Part shown: positions 10,658 to 19,607 of the stretch, in pieces
Numbering within the stretch: the first letter of the stretch is position 1
How the letters are laid out: the number at the start of each line of letters is the position of its first letter
From: Candidatus Hydrogenedentota bacterium
GTDB taxonomy: Bacteria; Hydrogenedentota; Hydrogenedentia; Hydrogenedentales; SLHB01
Assembly: GCA_029974275.1 (NCBI GenBank)
Contig: JARKSN010000015.1
Coordinates: 1 to 33,324 of the forward strand
DNA: 33,324 nucleotides
Direction: 5' to 3'
Position numbers and translations under genes: made by a program
The notes under the pieces: model-generated
Database searches by the model: none
Seen by the model: the letters and a program-made list of their open reading frames with translations, nothing else
What the model was told of the DNA's origin: nothing

Positions 10658-10687
10658 TGCCAACGAAACGAAAGGGGTAGCACCGTC

Positions 10688-12589
10688 ATGAGTTTTCCAA
10701 TCGATATCAGCAAATACGCGCCGCTGACGCTCGATCCCGCCAAGGCTGCATTGTCCGACGCCGACAAAGCCCAGTTGAAACAAAACATCCAGATCATGCG
10801 CGACACGATCATCCTCTTTACGGCAGCCGCAGGCGCCAAGGGCCTCTCGGGGCATACCGGCGGCGCGTACAGCATCGTGCCGGAAGTTCTCATCGTCGAT
10901 GGCTTCATGCGCGGCAGCGCTGCGATGTACCCGGTGTTGTTCGACGAGGCCGGTCATCGCGTGGCCATTCAGTACGCGATGGCCGCGTTCCACGGAGCCA
11001 TTCCCCTCGAGAAACTGTTGCATTACCGCGAGTACGGCCACGACCTCTTCGGGCACCCCGAACTTGACCCGAAGCACGGCATCAAGTTCAGCTCGGGGCG
11101 CTTGGGGCACCTGTGGCCCTTCGTGAACGGCGTGGCCCTGGCCAATCCCGACAAGACGCTCTTCATGTTCGGTTCTGACGGATCGGAAATGGAAGGCGAT
11201 GATGCCGAAGCGGCGCGTTTCGCCGTGGCGCACGGACTCAACGTCAAGCTCTTGCTCGACGACAACAACGTGACGATCTCAGGACATCCGAAAGACTATA
11301 TGCCGGGTTATGATCTTGCGAAAACGATGGGAGGGCACGGCCTGACTGTCGACGCAGGCGACGGCGAAGACCTCGATGCCCTGTACGCGCGCATTCAGAA
11401 GGCGATTCAGGCAAAGGGACCGGTGGCGCTGGTCAACCGCCGCGTCATGGCCCCCGGCGTCCCCGGCATCGAAAACTCCCCCAAAGGCCACGAAGTCGTC
11501 AAGGTCGAACAGGCAATCATGTACCTTGAAACGCGCGGCTTGACCGCCGCCGCCGAGTATCTCAAAGGAATCGCCGCGCCGAAGAGTTCCGCCTCATACC
11601 TCGGTTCTTCCGAGAAGATGGGCAGCAACCGCACCGAATTCGGCAACATCGTCAACGGCATCCTCGACGCGATGACGCCGGAAGAGCGCGTCGCCAAAGT
11701 GCGCGTGATCGACAGCGACCTGGAAGGTTCCTGCGGTTTCAACCTCATCCACAAGGCGCACCCCGAGGTCTTCGTCTCCGGTGGCGTCATGGAGCGCGGC
11801 AACTTCTCCGCCGCCGCTGGCTTCGGATTCGAGAAGGGCAAACAAGGCATCTTCGGCACCTTTTCGGCGTTTTTGGAAATGATCCTGTCCGAGTCGACAA
11901 TGGCGCGCCTGAATCACGCGAATGCCATCTGCCATTTCTCGCATGCAGGGGTCGACGAGATTGCCGACAACACCTGCCACTTCGGCATCAACGTCTTCTT
12001 TGCCGACAACGGCCTCGAAGAAGGCAACACCAACCGTCTCTATTTCGCGGCGGACGCACTGCAACTCAAGTCAATGGTTGAAACCATCTTCCACGACCCC
12101 GGCCTGCGCTTTGTCTTCACGACGCGTTCGAAGGTCCCGTATATTCTCAAGGAAGACGGCGCTTCTTTCTTTGATGCCTCCAACGGCTACAGATTCGAGC
12201 CGGGTAAGGACGATGTCATTCGCGAAGGCAGCGCCGGGTACGTCGTCAGCTACGGTGAAATGCTGTACCGCTCGCTTGACGCCGTCGAGCGCCTGCGCCA
12301 GGAAGGCATGGATGTCGGCTTGATCAACAAGCCCACCCTGAACGTCATCGACGAGAACATGATGGGTAAACTCGGCAAGGCCCCGTTCGTGCTGGTTGTC
12401 GAAGGCCAGAACCGCCTCACCGGTCTCGGCGCACGTTTCGGCTCCTGGCTTCTTGAACGCGGCTACACGCCAAAATACGCCTACATGGGAACAGTTCGCG
12501 CAGGCAACGGCGGCCTTGAAGAGCAGGTTCCCTTCCAGGGCCTGGCCCCGAAGGACATCGAGGCGAAAATCCGTCTTCTGTCGCGGTGA
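10688..12589 (+). CDS. Transketolase-family ThDP-dependent enzyme (single chain, divergent)
   Basis: SGHTGG, GHPE, SSGRLG, ThDP motif variant GSDGSEMEG...DDNN, DSDLEGS, ERGNFSAAAG; start ATG 10688 after AAAGGGG (633 aa). Confidence 0.88.
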   Translation: MSFPIDISKYAPLTLDPAKAALSDADKAQLKQNIQIMRDTIILFTAAAGAKGLSGHTGGAYSIVPEVLIVDGFMRGSAAMYPVLFDEAGHRVAIQYAMAAFHGAIPLEKLLHYREYGHDLFGHPELDPKHGIKFSSGRLGHLWPFVNGVALANPDKTLFMFGSDGSEMEGDDAEAARFAVAHGLNVKLLLDDNNVTISGHPKDYMPGYDLAKTMGGHGLTVDAGDGEDLDALYARIQKAIQAKGPVALVNRRVMAPGVPGIENSPKGHEVVKVEQAIMYLETRGLTAAAEYLKGIAAPKSSASYLGSSEKMGSNRTEFGNIVNGILDAMTPEERVAKVRVIDSDLEGSCGFNLIHKAHPEVFVSGGVMERGNFSAAAGFGFEKGKQGIFGTFSAFLEMILSESTMARLNHANAICHFSHAGVDEIADNTCHFGINVFFADNGLEEGNTNRLYFAADALQLKSMVETIFHDPGLRFVFTTRSKVPYILKEDGASFFDASNGYRFEPGKDDVIREGSAGYVVSYGEMLYRSLDAVERLRQEGMDVGLINKPTLNVIDENMMGKLGKAPFVLVVEGQNRLTGLGARFGSWLLERGYTPKYAYMGTVRAGNGGLEEQVPFQGLAPKDIEAKIRLLSR

Positions 12590-12774
12590 AGCAGTATCTG
12601 TTCCTCCGCAGCCGCAGTTGGGAACTTTTTTGACAATATGCGGATTACATGAGAAAGGGGTGCGCTTCGTTTGCGGGGCTGTGTGTCTCGTTCGGACGAG
12701 GGCGCGCTTGGTCTACCTCCTCAGGGTGGGGACAAGTAGACAGAGGGAAGAGTTTTGCAAGAAGGAGATGCGAA

Positions 12775-13065
12775 ATGAAGAAAATGGTTGTGATGATGCT
12801 GATTGTAGGGGTGGCGGCTGCGTTTACGGCGTGTTCGAAACCTTCCGCCCCGGAAGCTCCGGCAATGCCTCCGGCTCCAACCGCCGACAAGCCGGCTCCT
12901 CCCCCTATGCCTGCTCCAGCGCCGACTCCAGCGCCTAAGGCTCCTGCCGCTGCGCCCATGCCGACCCCTCCGGCCCCCATGCCGGCCCCGGCGGCTCCGG
13001 CGCCCGCGCCTGCGATGCCGGCTCCGGCCCCGGCGATGCCAGCGCCGCCGTCCGTCACTCACTAA
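12775..13065 (+). CDS. Pro/Ala-rich low-complexity lipoprotein (96 aa)
   Basis: AAGGAG RBS, MKK + hydrophobic stretch + lipobox FTAC, then almost entirely P/A/M repeats; followed by a terminator. Confidence 0.78.
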   Translation: MKKMVVMMLIVGVAAAFTACSKPSAPEAPAMPPAPTADKPAPPPMPAPAPTPAPKAPAAAPMPTPPAPMPAPAAPAPAPAMPAPAPAMPAPPSVTH

Positions 13066-13090
13066 TTGCATAGCGCAGTTCGAATGCTCG

Positions 13091-13123
13091 GGCCCGTTTC
13101 CAGGAGGAAGCGGGCCTTCTTGT
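13091..13123 (+). terminator. Intrinsic terminator after the Pro-rich lipoprotein
   Basis: GGCCCGTTTCC-AGGA-GGAAGCGGGCC 11-bp stem followed by TTCTTGT. Confidence 0.7.
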
Positions 13124-13431
13124 ATGTGCGTCAGCCTCCGTGTTTCTCCATACGAAAAAAGATATTTTCTGGAGCAACACGCCTGCGCCAATCATGTCAA
13201 TGCTTGGCGAAAAGGCCTCACCGCATTGAGCGTGGGGATATACAGGCAAGCGGCGCCAGTGTTCCGACCGATTCATCCTTATGCAAAGTCATGCGATGAT
13301 TCTGCGCGTAGCGCCCGATCTCTGTGCCGGGCGGTTTTGTGCGTAGGGCAAAGCGCGTTCTTTCGCGAAACCGCACGAACGTCACGATAGTGGACTGCGT
13401 ATGCGGCATGGAGCCGTCTTTCCACAGCCAT

Positions 13432-13470
13432 CAAACGAACAGCCCCGCCCGGAAAGCCGGACGGGGCTGT
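13432..13470 (-). terminator. Intrinsic terminator of giant protein A
   Basis: 14-bp stem 13439-13470 whose single mismatch becomes a G-U pair on the minus strand, then UCGUUUG; ~22 nt after the stop codon. Confidence 0.65.
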
Positions 13471-13492
13471 GGAAAGCAGCGATGGGAGAGGC

Positions 13493-16400
13493 CTACGGCG
13501 CCGCGATGGCTCCGCATTGGCGCCCCATCCAGTAGGGCAAGAACACATCCAGGCTGGCGTATTCATACGCCGCATCGATTCCGTCTTTCAAGATGCCGGG
13601 AGAGCGCTGCCACTGATAGTCCGACAAGGGACGGTCGCGCACCAGCAAGGCGTACTGCGACAAATCGCCGTTGATGTGGGGGAAATACGCAGGATTCGCG
13701 CTTTGATCAACGTAGCGCATCCACTTTGGACCTTCCTGGAAGTCGAGCAGTCCGCCTTGCAGCGTTCCGCGGGCGACATTGTTCCATTTGTCATTCGCCG
13801 CGGCCATGTACATGGCTGAGAAGCCCGGCTGGAAGTGAGCGCTGGCCCCATACGCCCTGAACTTCGATGCGATCTGGGCCCGCCGCGAGGCATTCGGGTC
13901 GGTCTTGCTGATGACGTACATCGCCATGCAATCCAGGTTGTTGGAGAAATAATCCATTCCGTTGAGCGGCTTGATGTTCCAGCCGACCGCCATGGCATTT
14001 TGGAACATGGTTCCATAGTTCAACAACCCCGTGAACTTCGAGTCGTATTTGGCGTTATTGACGCCAAGACCTGCGCTCATCCACATGGTTTTGAAGCCAA
14101 AAGACACGGCATTGTAGGTGGTCTGGTTGCCCGGCGGCGGACATTTGATGTCGAAGCCATCGTCGATCAATCGATCGAGGACGCGCTCGATAATGAGTTG
14201 CGCGTGGTACCGCGCACCGGCATCGTTCACCAAAGCCCACACGCTGACCAGACCGAAACAGGTGCCGACATACGTGTCGCGCGAGCTGAAGCCCAGGTAA
14301 ATGCGATCCAGCCACGGCCATTCGCACTGGTAATACCCGTTTCCAGTGTAGTTCAGGTAATACGTCACATACGCCGGATCGTTGTAGGGGCCTGCAAACC
14401 GCGCGATGTACCCCTGCTTCTTGGTGCACAAGGTGAGCATATCGAACACATCCAACGTGGCGTTGATCTTGTTCAGCACGGACGGATCGCCCGTCACCGC
14501 GTACTTGTTGGCCAACGCCGCCAAATACACGCCGGTCCACGTCGCCGCGTCGCCCACGGTCTCATAACTTGTCGGATTCGATCGCGTGTAGTTGGAATAC
14601 AACACGTCCACGATCTGGCCATAGCGCAAGTTGTATTGCTCGCACAAGTTCATGAAATTCTGCGCCTTCTGATGCAGCGCGATGTTCTGGCCCGGCGTCG
14701 CCTCCTGCCACGGATACCCGAAGTTTCCGTGCGTTACCTGCACCATCCAATCGTTCTGGTAGTTCGACAACGCTTTATCGAGCTCGAAGGTCGCCGTGAC
14801 GCTCATGTCGCGCGTCAACGTGATCGAGACCGGATTTTCCATGCCCGTCGCATCGCCGGCCCATCCCGCGAATTTCCATCCCGTCGCAGGAACGGCCATG
14901 AGCAGCAGCATGTCGCCATCGTAATAGGGAGCCTGTGGATCGGCGTCAATCGCTCCCTGGCCCACGACGCTCGTCGTCAACGATCGCGGAATTTGCTCGA
15001 ACGTGGCGACGATGTGCGTCACGGCGGCCAACGTGACCGATTCGCTGGGATTAGCGCTGGTCAAAGCGCCTGACCATCCCACAAAGCGCCACCCCGCCTC
15101 AGGCGTCGCAACCAAGGTCGCCGTGTCGCCCACATAGTAGGGGCCGTCGGGCGGACTCAGAGTCACTGCGCCCATCCCCTCTTGGTCGACCACGAAATCG
15201 CTTTCCTGGCCGCCCAGGAACATGGCCGTCGCCGTCGTGTCGCCCACGAGCATGACGCTGACCGGGTTCGCGGCCCCGCTCAGATCATCCGACCATCCGC
15301 CAAACGTCCATCCCGAAGCGGGCGTCGCCAGGAAGGTCACCGTTTGGCCGGCGACATACGGGCCTGCAGGCGGATTCACGCTGATCGCGCCGTGCCCCAT
15401 CACGTTGGTCGACACGGTCACTTCGCCTGGGGCAAGGCCATTGCCCGATAGAGGCACCGCCAAGGCCGGCGCGTTGGTGGCGTTGGTGGGAATCGTCAGA
15501 ACCGCATTGCGGGGGCCCGTCGTGCGCGGATCAAAGACGATTTCGATGTAGACGCTGGCGCCGGGCTTGACGCCCGCCGTGGTGAAAGCCACCTTCGTAA
15601 TGACGAAATCAGCGGCCGCTGGCCCCGTAACGGTCAGCTTGCCCTTTAGCTTCAGCAGTGCGTCGCCGATGTTTTTGATTTGCAGCGTCATCGGGGCCGT
15701 CGGGCCGGAGTCGGGAAGCTGATACCCGAAATCGAGGGAGGTCACGGGCGCGTCAATGACCGGGCCCGAATATGCCACCACGTGAACCAGACGCGATACC
15801 GGCGCGGCGGCGTTGCCTGCCGAATCCGCCACGGCATACGTCACGGAATAATCGCCGGCAACTGCCGTGTCCACGGGGTTGACCGTCACGATTTTCGCGG
15901 TGAGATCGCCTTCCACCGCGTCCAAGGCCGTCGCGCCGGCGTCGACGTAGGTGCCGCCCTTGGCAACCGTGACTTCCGCGCTGCCCAGCAGCGTGATCTG
16001 CGGCGCGCCACCGTCCACCGTGATGGAGGCCGTTGTCGAGATAGACCAGTTGCCCGCAGCGTCCGCATATTGCCCAAACACGGTTTTCATGCCGTCGCCG
16101 GGCGTCAACGCCCATGCCGCGCTTGCCGCATACGGGAACACGACCCAGTTTGCGTTATCGTTGCTAAAGCGCATCAAGGACACGCCGGACGTGGCGTCTG
16201 TCGCGCTGGAGGTCAATGCGACGTTCATCGAACCGGTGTGCGTGGCGCCGCCGTTGATGACGAACGATCCCTTCGGAGGCTTGCGATCCAGCGTGATCGT
16301 GTCCGTGTACGCCGAGGACCAGTTGCCCGCGTTGTCGCCGTATTTCACGTACACCGTCTTGGGTCCGTCGCCCACGCTCAACGTCCACGACCTGGACTCG

Positions 16401-18472
16401 GCATACGCATACGTCGCCCAGTTGACGCCATTGTTGCTCAGGCGCACCTGGCTCAAGCCCGAGTTCTCGTCGGAAGCCGCCAGCGTCAAGGCGACGTTCT
16501 GCAAATTCGTGAAATCCGCTCCGCCGTTGATCTCGACGCTGCCGGTCGGCGGCGTCGTGTCGGGAATGGGCACATACACGCCCGCGCTGGTTGGAGAATA
16601 ACCGCTGCGGTTGCCGACATTGTCGTACGCGGCGACTCGGCAGTAATACGTGCGGCCCGGCGTTCCCACCACGGCCCAGTTCGGTTGATTGCCGATGTCT
16701 CCATTGGCGAGATAATGACTCTCGTCATCCCAGATTTGCACGTTGTAGCCAGCTAGCCCGCTGCCGATGATGTCGTCGGCCACTTCGTTCCACATGAAAC
16801 CGACGGCCGTTCCCGCGACATAGCCGTCGGGCTTGCCAGGTGCGGGCGGGGCGGCGGCATCGCACACGACGCCCACGCTGTTGTCGGTGAAATCGCTCAT
16901 GCGCCCCGCATGGTCAACCGCACGGACCTTGCAGAAATAGCTGTTCCCGTTGACGCCAGTGAAACTGTACGTGTTCGTCGTCGTCGTGCCGCTGACCCCG
17001 ATCGCAGGCCAATCCGGCCAATTGCGGATTTCGACCACGTAGTAGGCGACGCCGGAAAGGTCCCACGACGGAACCCACGCGAAGGTCACCGTCGCCGGCG
17101 CCCACACAGTGCCCGCCGTCGGCGTGCCCGGAGGCGCCGGATTCGTCAGGTCCACCGTGATGCCGCTGCTCCATGCAGTGGGCTCGCTCACGCGGCCCGC
17201 CTTGTCCTTGGCCATCATGCGGCAGTAATAGGTCTTGCCATCCGCGCATCCCGGAATGTTGTAGTAACCGGGTTGCGGTCCAATCCAGCCGTCCAGCTTA
17301 TCGGCCAGCCCCGGGGCAGTGCCCACCTGCATGTAATAGTCGGTAATGACGAGGTTGTCGTCGGTGGCGGTCCACGAGAAGGTGATGTTGTCGCTCGTCG
17401 AATACGGCGCGATGGGCTGCGGCGTTGTCATGGTGGGGGGGCCGAGATCAACCATGACGCCGTCGCTCGCGGATGACCAGTCGCTCATGCGGCCCACGTT
17501 GTCCACCGCCTTGACGCGGCAGTAGTACGTAACGCCCGATATCCCGTCCGGATAGGTGTAGAAATTGCCGGAGACGGTGCCCGTCGCCAAGACAGGATTG
17601 AAACTCGTGTTGGCGGCCACTTCGTAGACATACCCCGCGATGCCCGAGGAGGAATCAAAGCCCAGGAAAGAGAAATCCACCGTGCCGTCATCCCACAGCC
17701 CATTGTCGTACGGAGCCTGCACGGTTGGCGGATGAAGGTCCACCTTGATGCCGTTGGAGACCCCGGACCATGCGCTCGTGCGGCCAGCATTGTCCTGGGC
17801 ATACATCTGGCAATAATAGGTCACTCCGTCCGAGCATCCCGAAATGTCATAGTATCCAGGTTGCGCGCCAATCCAGCCGGCGAACTTGTCATTCCAGCCG
17901 GGTTGGGTGCCCACGATCATGTAATAGTCCTTGATGCCGCTCGTGCCGTCGCTGGCCGTCCAAAAAAAGCGAACCGTGCTGCCCGCCTTGTAAACGCCCT
18001 CGTCGGTGGGAGTGGAGATGGTGGGATTGTCGAGATCAAGATAGATGGTGTCGTAGGCGCTCCCGACCGTGTATCCGGCATCCAGAAATTGAATCTGGAA
18101 ACCATAGACGGCGCCACTCACCTGATACAGTTGTGGGTAGAGAGTGTACGAAACGCTTCCGCCCGCGGAAATATAGTTCCAGCCCGACCAATTCCCGTTG
18201 CCGTCGGTGACCTGGTACGCAATGATATTTTTATTGGCGGTGGCCGACACGGCGACAGGCTGCACCCGGTCGATGCCCCACGCAGCTCCGCCCGCGATGA
18301 CGCATGATGTGGAAGAAAATGCGGCATATGCCGGAAATGCCGCACCTCCCATAAACACGGCACATACGATTAATGCTGTCCAAAACGAGACGCTCCCTCG
18401 TGTCTCGGAATCGCCATAAGACTGTTTCTTACACAAGACAGAGCCCGCCCTTAATCCGTACCGCATGGTCAT
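13493..18472 (-). CDS. Giant secreted modular protein A (~1659 aa): signal peptide, 5 FN3-like repeats, Ig-like repeats, DUF5011-like Ig, choice-of-anchor D-like domain, 3 InlB-B-like repeats, C-terminal ~420-aa uncharacterised helical enzyme-like domain
   Basis: AAGGAG 6 nt before ATG 18472; signal ending AYA; repeats with YYCxVxAxDxAGxxS; GWxFxGWSG repeats; C-terminal domain homologous to the N-terminal domain of protein B. Confidence 0.85.
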   Translation of the reverse strand: MTMRYGLRAGSVLCKKQSYGDSETRGSVSFWTALIVCAVFMGGAAFPAYAAFSSTSCVIAGGAAWGIDRVQPVAVSATANKNIIAYQVTDGNGNWSGWNYISAGGSVSYTLYPQLYQVSGAVYGFQIQFLDAGYTVGSAYDTIYLDLDNPTISTPTDEGVYKAGSTVRFFWTASDGTSGIKDYYMIVGTQPGWNDKFAGWIGAQPGYYDISGCSDGVTYYCQMYAQDNAGRTSAWSGVSNGIKVDLHPPTVQAPYDNGLWDDGTVDFSFLGFDSSSGIAGYVYEVAANTSFNPVLATGTVSGNFYTYPDGISGVTYYCRVKAVDNVGRMSDWSSASDGVMVDLGPPTMTTPQPIAPYSTSDNITFSWTATDDNLVITDYYMQVGTAPGLADKLDGWIGPQPGYYNIPGCADGKTYYCRMMAKDKAGRVSEPTAWSSGITVDLTNPAPPGTPTAGTVWAPATVTFAWVPSWDLSGVAYYVVEIRNWPDWPAIGVSGTTTTNTYSFTGVNGNSYFCKVRAVDHAGRMSDFTDNSVGVVCDAAAPPAPGKPDGYVAGTAVGFMWNEVADDIIGSGLAGYNVQIWDDESHYLANGDIGNQPNWAVVGTPGRTYYCRVAAYDNVGNRSGYSPTSAGVYVPIPDTTPPTGSVEINGGADFTNLQNVALTLAASDENSGLSQVRLSNNGVNWATYAYAESRSWTLSVGDGPKTVYVKYGDNAGNWSSAYTDTITLDRKPPKGSFVINGGATHTGSMNVALTSSATDATSGVSLMRFSNDNANWVVFPYAASAAWALTPGDGMKTVFGQYADAAGNWSISTTASITVDGGAPQITLLGSAEVTVAKGGTYVDAGATALDAVEGDLTAKIVTVNPVDTAVAGDYSVTYAVADSAGNAAAPVSRLVHVVAYSGPVIDAPVTSLDFGYQLPDSGPTAPMTLQIKNIGDALLKLKGKLTVTGPAAADFVITKVAFTTAGVKPGASVYIEIVFDPRTTGPRNAVLTIPTNATNAPALAVPLSGNGLAPGEVTVSTNVMGHGAISVNPPAGPYVAGQTVTFLATPASGWTFGGWSDDLSGAANPVSVMLVGDTTATAMFLGGQESDFVVDQEGMGAVTLSPPDGPYYVGDTATLVATPEAGWRFVGWSGALTSANPSESVTLAAVTHIVATFEQIPRSLTTSVVGQGAIDADPQAPYYDGDMLLLMAVPATGWKFAGWAGDATGMENPVSITLTRDMSVTATFELDKALSNYQNDWMVQVTHGNFGYPWQEATPGQNIALHQKAQNFMNLCEQYNLRYGQIVDVLYSNYTRSNPTSYETVGDAATWTGVYLAALANKYAVTGDPSVLNKINATLDVFDMLTLCTKKQGYIARFAGPYNDPAYVTYYLNYTGNGYYQCEWPWLDRIYLGFSSRDTYVGTCFGLVSVWALVNDAGARYHAQLIIERVLDRLIDDGFDIKCPPPGNQTTYNAVSFGFKTMWMSAGLGVNNAKYDSKFTGLLNYGTMFQNAMAVGWNIKPLNGMDYFSNNLDCMAMYVISKTDPNASRRAQIASKFRAYGASAHFQPGFSAMYMAAANDKWNNVARGTLQGGLLDFQEGPKWMRYVDQSANPAYFPHINGDLSQYALLVRDRPLSDYQWQRSPGILKDGIDAAYEYASLDVFLPYWMGRQCGAIAAP

Positions 18473-18538
18473 GTGATGCTCCTTGATAGGTATGACAAAA
18501 CCCCTCACTTGCGCCAAAAGACAATATCACCTGTTCTA

Positions 18539-18567
18539 ACTATAGTGTAAGAATGGGATTCTGTCAA
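18539..18567 (-). promoter_or_regulatory. Sigma70-type promoter of giant protein A
   Basis: Minus strand TTGACA (18567-18562), 17-nt spacer, TATAGT (18544-18539). Confidence 0.75.
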
Positions 18568-18632
18568 GGAAAACGCTACGAAGATCGCTTTTGTAGTGAG
18601 TTTCGTAGAATCGGGGAGAAAATCGCGAAAAT

Positions 18633-19280
18633 CTACCGAACGGGGAGGACGTAGAGAAAAATGGCGATAAAATGGGCAGCGCTGCCGGCCATTACGAAGA
18701 CATGCCACACGGCGTGGTTGTAGGGCAAACGTTGGGCGGCGTAGAAAATTAGTCCCAAGGTGTAGGACAATCCCCCCACCAACAGCCAAAGAAAGCAACC
18801 GAAAGGAATTGCGGCAACCACCGGTTTGATCGCCACAAGAACACACCATCCCATCGCCACGTAAACGATAGTCGACAAAATGCCGAATCGGCCCGTGAAA
18901 AACAGCTTCAGCAAGATGCCCGTCGCCGCCAAGCCCCAAATCACTCCAAAAAGCCACCATCCCACTCCGCCTTGCAAACTGACCAGGGTGAAGGGGGTAT
19001 AGGTTCCGGCGATGAACAAAAATATGGCCGAGTGGTCCATGACGCGAAAAAAGCGTTTTAGCCGTGGGGCGCGGACTCCATGGTAGCACGTTGAAAAGAG
19101 ATACAGCGTTACGAGAGAGGCCCCATATACGCTAAAACTCACCACCCGAAGCGCGTCGCCCTGAATAGCGGCAAGCGTCACCAACACCGCCAGGCCGGCG
19201 ACGCCGAACGCCGCGCCCAGTCCATGGGTGATGCTATTGGCAATCTCTTCGCCTGTAGAATACGAAACAGTCCTAGGCAT
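18633..19280 (-). CDS. Hemolysin III family (PAQR/TrhA-like) membrane protein
   Basis: EEIANSITHG, STCYH, DHSAIFLFIAGTYTP, HAVWHVFV; ~7 TMs; start taken at ATG 19280. Confidence 0.92.
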   Translation of the reverse strand: MPRTVSYSTGEEIANSITHGLGAAFGVAGLAVLVTLAAIQGDALRVVSFSVYGASLVTLYLFSTCYHGVRAPRLKRFFRVMDHSAIFLFIAGTYTPFTLVSLQGGVGWWLFGVIWGLAATGILLKLFFTGRFGILSTIVYVAMGWCVLVAIKPVVAAIPFGCFLWLLVGGLSYTLGLIFYAAQRLPYNHAVWHVFVMAGSAAHFIAIFLYVLPVR

Positions 19281-19607
19281 GTGCGGTGACGGCGCGATCA
19301 TGGCTGCGCAAGGGTTCCCTGGGAGCGGGCGCGCCGCGTGCATGTGGCGCGGGGACGGCCTTTCACGATGAACATCATAAAAGACAGCATATCACAGTCG
19401 AGAAGAAAAAAGCTCGCTTTGAACGCAAAAAAAATGATATACGTATCGCTCCAGCCCCGGATGTTCACAGACGCATTGCCGGAGGCGGAAATAGCCGTTC
19501 CTGAAGGGGCGCCGCGCGAGAGAAGACCCTTCAGGCGAACATGCTGCCTGTGAGAATTCTCCCACGCCACACAAGCGCTTACGGCCAAACGAACGCAAGG
19601 AGGAGAT

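Noticed and set aside
10481..10687. 69-codon N-terminal extension of the transketolase from GTG 10481
   Set aside because: Arg/Gly-rich and not protein-like; ATG 10688 has an RBS; the region is better explained as a structured leader
12630..12660. TTGACA upstream of the Pro-rich lipoprotein
   Set aside because: No acceptable -10 at 16-18 nt spacing
13340..13380. GGGCAAA...GAAA resembling a c-di-GMP-I riboswitch
   Set aside because: P2/GNRA stem and GACGCAAAG junction absent; no downstream plus-strand gene
19500..19535. 9-bp inverted repeat CCTGAAGGG/CCCTTCAGG in a divergent intergenic region
   Set aside because: Single stem with a large loop and no U-tract or known motif; plausible by chance at this GC content
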